Positions 57,906 through 64,000 of a stretch of DNA of 64,000 bases are shown here, in pieces. How positions within the stretch are numbered: position 1 is the stretch's first letter; each line of letters begins with the position of its first letter. The stretch comes from a virus. Taxonomy: Duplodnaviria > Heunggongvirae > Uroviricota > Caudoviricetes. The DNA is taken from positions 152,485-216,484 of the IMG/VR virus record IMGVR_UViG_3300028886_000031; one strand, 5' to 3'. The notes beneath the pieces are model-generated. The model worked only from the letters and a program-made list of their open reading frames with translations. It had not been told where the DNA came from and made no database searches. The position numbers were made by a program, and so were the translations under genes.

Positions 57906-58473
57906 CTTTGTATCAAATAGTTCGTCTAGTAGTTTCATTGTAGCTAGTACAGATAATAAATATGATATCTTGTTACAGGATTATGATGTATTAACTCTAG
58001 AAGAATATGTCAAGCATTATATAAGAGAAGATATATGGTCTTATGGATACTCAGACAAAAAGGATTCCATTAGATATGTATCTGACGCTGAACTTTGCCG
58101 ATGTTTTGAACGCAGTCTCAGGTATACATTCCCATTGAGTGCAAAGGATGATGTAGAATCCTATCTGGAATTATCAAAGAACCGTCCAAATGGCAATTGG
58201 GATAGTGATGTTGTTAGAAAGTGGAGTGATAATCTAAATGCCATTTTCGATACCATCCAAAAGAAAATATTGGAATCTCTTAAACTAAAATGGAAAGATG
58301 TTAAATTCCATGTTGCAGAGGTAGATGATAATCCTTTATGGATGGATAAAGATGGCAATGAAGTAGAACGTGAAGATATGGTAGATAATATGGAAGAACT
58401 TGTTCAGGAGAGAATAGATTATATAAATTCTCTGAAGCCTATTAAGTTCTTTCGAACATTTTCTCATCATTGA
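57892..58473 (+). CDS. SNSSS-motif protein
   Basis: MIRNDFVSNSSSSSF; ends in HH. Confidence 0.8.
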   Translation: MIRNDFVSNSSSSSFIVASTDNKYDILLQDYDVLTLEEYVKHYIREDIWSYGYSDKKDSIRYVSDAELCRCFERSLRYTFPLSAKDDVESYLELSKNRPNGNWDSDVVRKWSDNLNAIFDTIQKKILESLKLKWKDVKFHVAEVDDNPLWMDKDGNEVEREDMVDNMEELVQERIDYINSLKPIKFFRTFSHH

Positions 58474-58672
58474 GATATTCTTCTTCCTCATCCTCGTCCT
58501 GTTGATCCTCATCTGGGTCATCAGGACGAGATTCCTTGTCCAATCTACTCATTTTATACTCATGATACTTATCTTTTATTTTTGCTTTGTTTTTTGGAGT
58601 GAATGTCTTTTTCCATGTCTCATGTGCTAAATGAGTTATAGAAAATTCAGATAAAAATGAGTAACTTTTCAT
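58442..58672 (-). CDS. Small protein with YSFLSE leader and acidic tail
   Basis: MKSYSFLSE; overlaps the 3' end of the opposite gene. Confidence 0.65.
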   Translation of the reverse strand: MKSYSFLSEFSITHLAHETWKKTFTPKNKAKIKDKYHEYKMSRLDKESRPDDPDEDQQDEDEEEEYLNDEKMFERT

Positions 58673-58796
58673 GTTATAAAATTAGGTTTTGTATTTGTTC
58701 ATCGGTTATGAGTTTAGTGAGAAGTACTTTGAATATATTGTGTTATAACTTATTTCAGACAAACAAAAAACTGAAATCTGAGAGGATATTTTCTAT

Positions 58797-61055
58797 ATGA
58801 CCGTTATTAAAAGAAATGGAAAAATCGAGAAACTTTCCAAGAAAAAAATTTTTAATTCTATTTCGAATGCTAACAATTCCGTAGAGGAAAATGTTAGATT
58901 AACACAAAAAGATATTTCTGAAATTACAGAAAACATATTGAACTCTTTAAACATAATGCGACCAGAAGGGTGTACAGAACCAGTAGACATAGATGTCTTA
59001 GAGAACATCATAGAAAACAACCTTATGGATTACAAAGGTTATGACGTTGCCAAACGATATATTAAATATAGATACGAGAAAGAACGTGTTAGAAACCTTA
59101 ACGGTTTAACAGAGAAGATTATGGGTAAGAACGTCCAAAATCAAAATGCAAATTTGGATGAATTTTCTTTTAGCGGTAGAATGGGTGAAGCTGCATCATA
59201 TATTACAAAGGACTATGCTTTGAATCATCTTATAAGCAAGAAGTCCAAGCAAAACCATATTAACAATGAAATTTACATACATGACTTAGATCATTATGCT
59301 CTAGGAGACCATAATTGCTTAAGTATTCCTTTCGATAAGCTTTTAGCCAATGGATTTAATACACGTCAAACAGATGTTAGACCAGCAAATTCTATTAATA
59401 CAGCATTCCAGCTTACAGCTGTAATATTCCAACTTCAATCTCTTCAACAATTCGGTGGAGTTGCAGCAACACACTTGGATTGGACAATGGTTCCGTATGT
59501 CCGTTTGAGTTTTAATAAACATTATCTAGATGGTCTAAAGTATATAGATAATGTTAAAAAAGATTATTATGAATCTAGGGATACAATTACAAAAACTTCC
59601 ATAGATGATACGGAACTATATAACTGTGAAAGATCTCGTGCGTATGCCTTAGAACAGACAAAGAAAGAACTAAGACAAGCAGTAGAGGGAATGTACCATA
59701 ATCTAAACACCTTACAATCGCGCTCTGGTGGTCAGCTTCCATTTACCTCAATCAACTATGGAACTTGTACATCGACAGAAGGTAGAATGGTTATTCGTGC
59801 ATTAATCGAGGGGTGTATGGAAGGTGTTGGAGAATACAACAGAACTGCTATTTTTCCATGTGGAATTTTCCAATCTGGCAAAGGAATTAACCAACGTCCG
59901 GGTGATCCAAATTATGATCTTTTCCAATTGGCTCTAGAATGTACTGCCAAAAGAATATATCCAAACTATGCCAATATAGATTGGAGTGGAAATGCTGGAT
60001 ATGATCCAAACAATCCATGTACATTCTTCTCCACAATGGGATGTAGGACTGCTAATGGGTTAGATATTAATCAAGACGATCCAAAGTTGGCACAACTTAA
60101 GGATGGAAGAGGAAATATAAGTCCAGTTACAATAATTCTTCCAACTCTAGCCATGGAAGCACACGATAAAGTTTATCCAAGTCCAATTAAAGAAAATGAT
60201 TATGATCCTGCAAAAGTTATTCCAGAATTTATGAAACTTCTTGATAAGAAGATAAACGAAGCAAGAGATATGCTTCTTGAAAGGTTTGATTGGCAATGTT
60301 CTCAACCAGCAGACTCAGCAAAGTTCATGTATGAGAATGAACTTATGTATGGATATAAGAAGGAAGAGGGAATCAAATCAGCATTAAAACATGGAACAAT
60401 TGTTATTGGTCAATTAGGACTAGCTGAAGCACTTAATATCCTTATTGGTTGTGACCAAACAACAAAAGAAGGAATGCAACTTGCTGTCGAGATTGAGACT
60501 TTATTTAAAACAAAGTGTGCAAAATTTAAGAAAGATTATAAACTTAATTTTGGAGTTTACTATACTCCAGCAGAGAACCTTTGCTACACAGCATTAAAGA
60601 AGTTTAGAGAAAAATATGGAACTATTCCAAATGTAAGTGATCATGACTTCTTTACGAATTCCATTCATGTTCCAGTTTGGAATCGAATGAACGCATTTCA
60701 AAAAATTGATATTGAATCACAACTTACAGGATATTCAAACGCTGGATGTATAACTTATGTAGAATTGGATGGTGATGCTTCTAAGAACACTAAAGCACTA
60801 GAACAGCTTGTATTATATGCTATGGAGAAAGATATTCCATATTTTGCCATAAATGTTCCAATAAATGATTGTTTATCTTGTGGATATTCAGATCCTAAAA
60901 TGACGGATACATGCCCGATATGTGGAAGTCATACTATAAATCAATTAAGAAGAGTTACTGGATATTTATCCACAACAGTTAAACATTTTAATCTTGGAAA
61001 ACAAGATGAAGTTTCTAACAGAGCTAAGCATACTGGAATAGAGGTCACGGAATAA
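58797..61055 (+). CDS. nrdD: Anaerobic (class III) ribonucleoside-triphosphate reductase
   Basis: N-terminal ATP cone; MGCRT; YTPAENL; CLSCG...CPICG; glycyl-radical RRVTGYL. Confidence 0.97.
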   Translation: MTVIKRNGKIEKLSKKKIFNSISNANNSVEENVRLTQKDISEITENILNSLNIMRPEGCTEPVDIDVLENIIENNLMDYKGYDVAKRYIKYRYEKERVRNLNGLTEKIMGKNVQNQNANLDEFSFSGRMGEAASYITKDYALNHLISKKSKQNHINNEIYIHDLDHYALGDHNCLSIPFDKLLANGFNTRQTDVRPANSINTAFQLTAVIFQLQSLQQFGGVAATHLDWTMVPYVRLSFNKHYLDGLKYIDNVKKDYYESRDTITKTSIDDTELYNCERSRAYALEQTKKELRQAVEGMYHNLNTLQSRSGGQLPFTSINYGTCTSTEGRMVIRALIEGCMEGVGEYNRTAIFPCGIFQSGKGINQRPGDPNYDLFQLALECTAKRIYPNYANIDWSGNAGYDPNNPCTFFSTMGCRTANGLDINQDDPKLAQLKDGRGNISPVTIILPTLAMEAHDKVYPSPIKENDYDPAKVIPEFMKLLDKKINEARDMLLERFDWQCSQPADSAKFMYENELMYGYKKEEGIKSALKHGTIVIGQLGLAEALNILIGCDQTTKEGMQLAVEIETLFKTKCAKFKKDYKLNFGVYYTPAENLCYTALKKFREKYGTIPNVSDHDFFTNSIHVPVWNRMNAFQKIDIESQLTGYSNAGCITYVELDGDASKNTKALEQLVLYAMEKDIPYFAINVPINDCLSCGYSDPKMTDTCPICGSHTINQLRRVTGYLSTTVKHFNLGKQDEVSNRAKHTGIEVTE

Positions 61056-61057
61056 TT

Positions 61058-61882
61058 ATGCCATCTTTAGAAGAATCTGTTATACGCGATTATAATAATC
61101 TTATGTCTATGTTATCCATTCAAAAAAAATATAAAATAGATTATTCTAAAGTTAATTCTATTTTGAAAAAGAATGGGATTGAAAAAATTAGTTCTACAAA
61201 ACGTCTTAATCCAGATATAAGAGAAGATTATTTTAGTAAAATAGACTCTATGGATAAAGCATATTGGATTGGATGGATACTGACAGATGGATCTATAGAT
61301 AATCATAACGGACTGCAAATAGGTTTACAAAAAAATGATTATTATATTCTTGACATATTTCAAAAAGATCTTGGTTTAAAAAATCATGTTAAAATATGTA
61401 AGTATGATGGTATAGACCAATGTAGATTTTCTATTATGTGCAAACAATATAAAGAAGATTTAAAAAAATATGGAATCGTAGAAAACAAAACAAAAGAATT
61501 AAAATTTCCTTATAATAAGATTGATAGGAAATATGATTCTCCATTTATCAGAGGATTATTTGATGGTGATGGTGGATTTACTTTAGGATTTGCTACTAGA
61601 TTTATAAAAGAGAGAAAAAAATCTTATACAAATCCATATAGTGAATTTAGTTTTACAGGAACTTACGATATGTGTGATGGATTTCAAAATACAATATTAT
61701 CACACATAGAACTAAAGAAAAAGAAGATCCATACAAATAATTCTATGTTTCATGTTAGATGGAGTAACAGAGAAGAAATTCTCAAAATTTGTGATTTTAT
61801 GTATGAAAATAAAACTGATCATTTTCTTCAAAGAAAATTTGATAAGTATATGAATTTGCTAAAAAAGGAATACAATATATGA
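61058..61882 (+). CDS. Free-standing double-motif LAGLIDADG homing endonuclease
   Basis: AYWIGWILTDGSI and FIRGLFDGDGGF; between nrdD and nrdG. Confidence 0.85.
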   Translation: MPSLEESVIRDYNNLMSMLSIQKKYKIDYSKVNSILKKNGIEKISSTKRLNPDIREDYFSKIDSMDKAYWIGWILTDGSIDNHNGLQIGLQKNDYYILDIFQKDLGLKNHVKICKYDGIDQCRFSIMCKQYKEDLKKYGIVENKTKELKFPYNKIDRKYDSPFIRGLFDGDGGFTLGFATRFIKERKKSYTNPYSEFSFTGTYDMCDGFQNTILSHIELKKKKIHTNNSMFHVRWSNREEILKICDFMYENKTDHFLQRKFDKYMNLLKKEYNI

Positions 61883-62466
61883 ATTATTCTAAAATTGTTT
61901 CTTATGATATCTGTAACGGAACCGGATGGAGAGTTAGTTTATTTGTAAGCGGTTGTAGTAGAAATTGTCCAGGATGTTTTAATCCTCAAACTCATGATCC
62001 TTGTTTTGGACAGAAATTTACAGAGAAAACAAAACAACTTATATTTAATGAATTAGATAAAGATAAGATAAGTGGATTATCACTTCTAGGTGGTGATCCA
62101 ATGTATCCAGCAAATAGAAAAGAGATAATAGAATTATGTAAGGAAGTTAAAGAAAAATATCCAAATAAAGATATTTGGATGTGGACTGGATATCTATTTA
62201 ATGAACTTATTAATGAACCAGATTGTAAAAATATATTTAAATATGTAGATGTTGTAATAGATGGTCCTTTCAAACAGGAACTAAAGGATCCTGAATTAAA
62301 GTGGAAAGGATCATCCAATCAAATTGTATGGAAAATATACAAACAAGACGATTCACATTATTTATGTATGTCTGATATAAAGACGGAGTGTGGTGAACGT
62401 GCTGTATGTAATATCATTACTTATTTCGATGCTCCAATACAATATATCTATGGAAATTATTTATAA
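61879..62466 (+). CDS. nrdG: Anaerobic RNR activating enzyme (radical SAM)
   Basis: SLFVSGCSRNCPGCFNP, LLGGDP, WTGY, DVVIDGPF, KGSSNQ. Confidence 0.96.
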   Translation: MNYSKIVSYDICNGTGWRVSLFVSGCSRNCPGCFNPQTHDPCFGQKFTEKTKQLIFNELDKDKISGLSLLGGDPMYPANRKEIIELCKEVKEKYPNKDIWMWTGYLFNELINEPDCKNIFKYVDVVIDGPFKQELKDPELKWKGSSNQIVWKIYKQDDSHYLCMSDIKTECGERAVCNIITYFDAPIQYIYGNYL

Positions 62467-62481
62467 ATTAATAAATAAGTT

Positions 62482-62883
62482 ATGAAAAACGTTATTTTTC
62501 TTTCTCTATTTTTCTTATCTGGATGTTATACTCCAGTTGGTATGTGGTTTAGATCTAATTTTACTTGTTCTTGTCCAAATAAATATGAGAAAGAAATTAT
62601 TAAAGATAGCTGTAATAATGAATCTATTAAACTTAAGTTAGAAGAACATTTGTGGAATGGAAGACAACAAGATATTCCAGAACTTCTGGCAAGAATGAAA
62701 AAACAAGTTATAGATGAAAGATTATATATTAATAATATCATTGTAGGTAACTGGAGAGGCGATACTGCTATAATTATATTTGCTAGTAATATACCAACAT
62801 CACTAAAAGATAAAGATGAATTAGCTAAGCACAAATACAATAAAATCAGAGAAGAAAAATGTGATTGTAGATTATGTAAGTAA
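62482..62883 (+). CDS. Lipoprotein
   Basis: MKNVIFLSLFFLSG-C lipobox. Confidence 0.7.
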   Translation: MKNVIFLSLFFLSGCYTPVGMWFRSNFTCSCPNKYEKEIIKDSCNNESIKLKLEEHLWNGRQQDIPELLARMKKQVIDERLYINNIIVGNWRGDTAIIIFASNIPTSLKDKDELAKHKYNKIREEKCDCRLCK

Positions 62884-62898
62884 AAAGGAGTAGCAATC

Positions 62899-64000
62899 AT
62901 GTGTGCAATAGTCGGTGGAACAAGATTAACAGATAAAGAATTTAAACTACTAGAAGTTACTAGAACTCGCGGTAGAGATTATTCTAACGTATTTATAAGA
63001 AATCAAAGTTGGATATGTAATCATAGAGCAATTCCAACTACAGAAACATCCAATCCAGAACATAATCAGCCATTTGGTACAGATTATAAAATAGTACATA
63101 ATGGTACTATTGCAAATGATGTAGAATTGGGCAGAACAATAGGAGAAATAGATAGTTCAGTATTATTTAAAGTATTGGATTGTACGAATATAGATACATT
63201 ACATCAAACAATTCAAAAAGTTAAAGGTTCATATGCTATTGCTATAATGAAACCAAATGGAACTTTTTATTTAGCATGTAACTATAAACCAATAGCGTAT
63301 TCTTATGAACGTGATATTCATGATCTAAAACAATTAACAGCGTTTGCTAGTTATGAAGATGATTTAAAGTATTGTGAATATCCAAATATAGAACGTTTAC
63401 CTCCATATTCTGTATTAGATACAGAGACGTGGCAAATTAGAAGTATACCTAGAACAGATTATAATAATGCTCTTGTTATATGTTCTGGTGGACTAGATAG
63501 TACGGCGGTTGCTGCTTATGCTTGTCATGTTCATAAACCGGAGAATGTTACTTTAATTCATTATAGATATGGTTGTATTGCAGAGACAAAAGAAATACAA
63601 TGCGTTAAAAAGATAGCTGAATATCTCAAGTGTAATTTAGACTTTATTGATGTTAATATGTCTTTTATGAATAAGAATTCAGCTTTATTTAGAACAGAAG
63701 ATGATATTCATAAAGGAATAGAAGGATCTGAATATGCTTATGAATGGGTTCCTGCTAGGAATTTAATTATGCTATCCTTAGCCGTTGGATACGCTGAAGC
63801 AAATAGAATTACAAATATTTATTTAGGAACGAATCTTGAAGAAGGTGGAGCATATCCAGATAATGAAAATCAATTCATTAAGGATTTTGATTCCTGTCTT
63901 TATGGTGCTGTTCAAAATGGAGTTAAAGTAAAAGTTCATACTCCAGTTGGTAACTTAATGAAACATGAAATAGTAGCGTTTGGAAATAAGTATGGAGCAC
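62899..64000 (+). CDS. queC: GAT-QueC fusion (class II glutamine amidotransferase + QueC), truncated by window edge; not in ORF track
   Basis: SD AAAGGAG; MCAIVG (N-terminal nucleophile Cys), RGRD, NHRAIPTTE, VHNGTI; then CSGGLDST, WVPARNL, GAYPDN. Confidence 0.92.
   Translation, partial: MCAIVGGTRLTDKEFKLLEVTRTRGRDYSNVFIRNQSWICNHRAIPTTETSNPEHNQPFGTDYKIVHNGTIANDVELGRTIGEIDSSVLFKVLDCTNIDTLHQTIQKVKGSYAIAIMKPNGTFYLACNYKPIAYSYERDIHDLKQLTAFASYEDDLKYCEYPNIERLPPYSVLDTETWQIRSIPRTDYNNALVICSGGLDSTAVAAYACHVHKPENVTLIHYRYGCIAETKEIQCVKKIAEYLKCNLDFIDVNMSFMNKNSALFRTEDDIHKGIEGSEYAYEWVPARNLIMLSLAVGYAEANRITNIYLGTNLEEGGAYPDNENQFIKDFDSCLYGAVQNGVKVKVHTPVGNLMKHEIVAFGNKYGA

Noticed and set aside
58797-62466. Intron or intein in nrdD
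   Set aside because: nrdD runs uninterrupted from ATP cone to RRVTGYL at normal length; the endonuclease lies outside it.
1-64000. Stop-codon reassignment (seen in some large phages)
   Set aside because: nrdD, nrdG, gmd, fcl, tmk and tnpB translate full length in the standard code, and TAA, TAG and TGA all end genes.

Overview
AT-rich (roughly 25-30% GC by spot counts) segment of a large, probably jumbo, tailed dsDNA phage genome read with the standard genetic code. It contains a >1900-aa baseplate-like gene running off the left edge (missed by the ORF track), a long + strand operon of small early-type genes (15.2-29.7 kb: radical SAM, two metallophosphoesterases, Pth2, SNSSS-motif proteins, an inserted solo tnpB), many putative virion-internal proteins sharing N-terminal 'KYSFLxE' or 'NLNPLYxE' leaders, tmk, gmd, fcl, a TupA-like ATP-grasp gene, tRNA-Arg(UCU), nrdD / LAGLIDADG endonuclease / nrdG, and a GAT-QueC fusion running off the right edge. 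The standout is 41.57-43.69 kb: a promoter-driven, non-coding 575-nt array of G[A/T]NNN pentamers, punctuated into 15 blocks by GANANR hexamers, lying about 700 bp upstream of a stand-alone Cas7/RAMP-like gene, with no other cas genes and no CRISPR array in the window. This looks like a divergent VIPR-type phage RNA-guided system with a GA rather than GGY code. Several further promoter-plus-hairpin small-RNA candidates and a dispersed terminator element cluster around it. All functional calls come from motif recognition by eye; no database searches were run.
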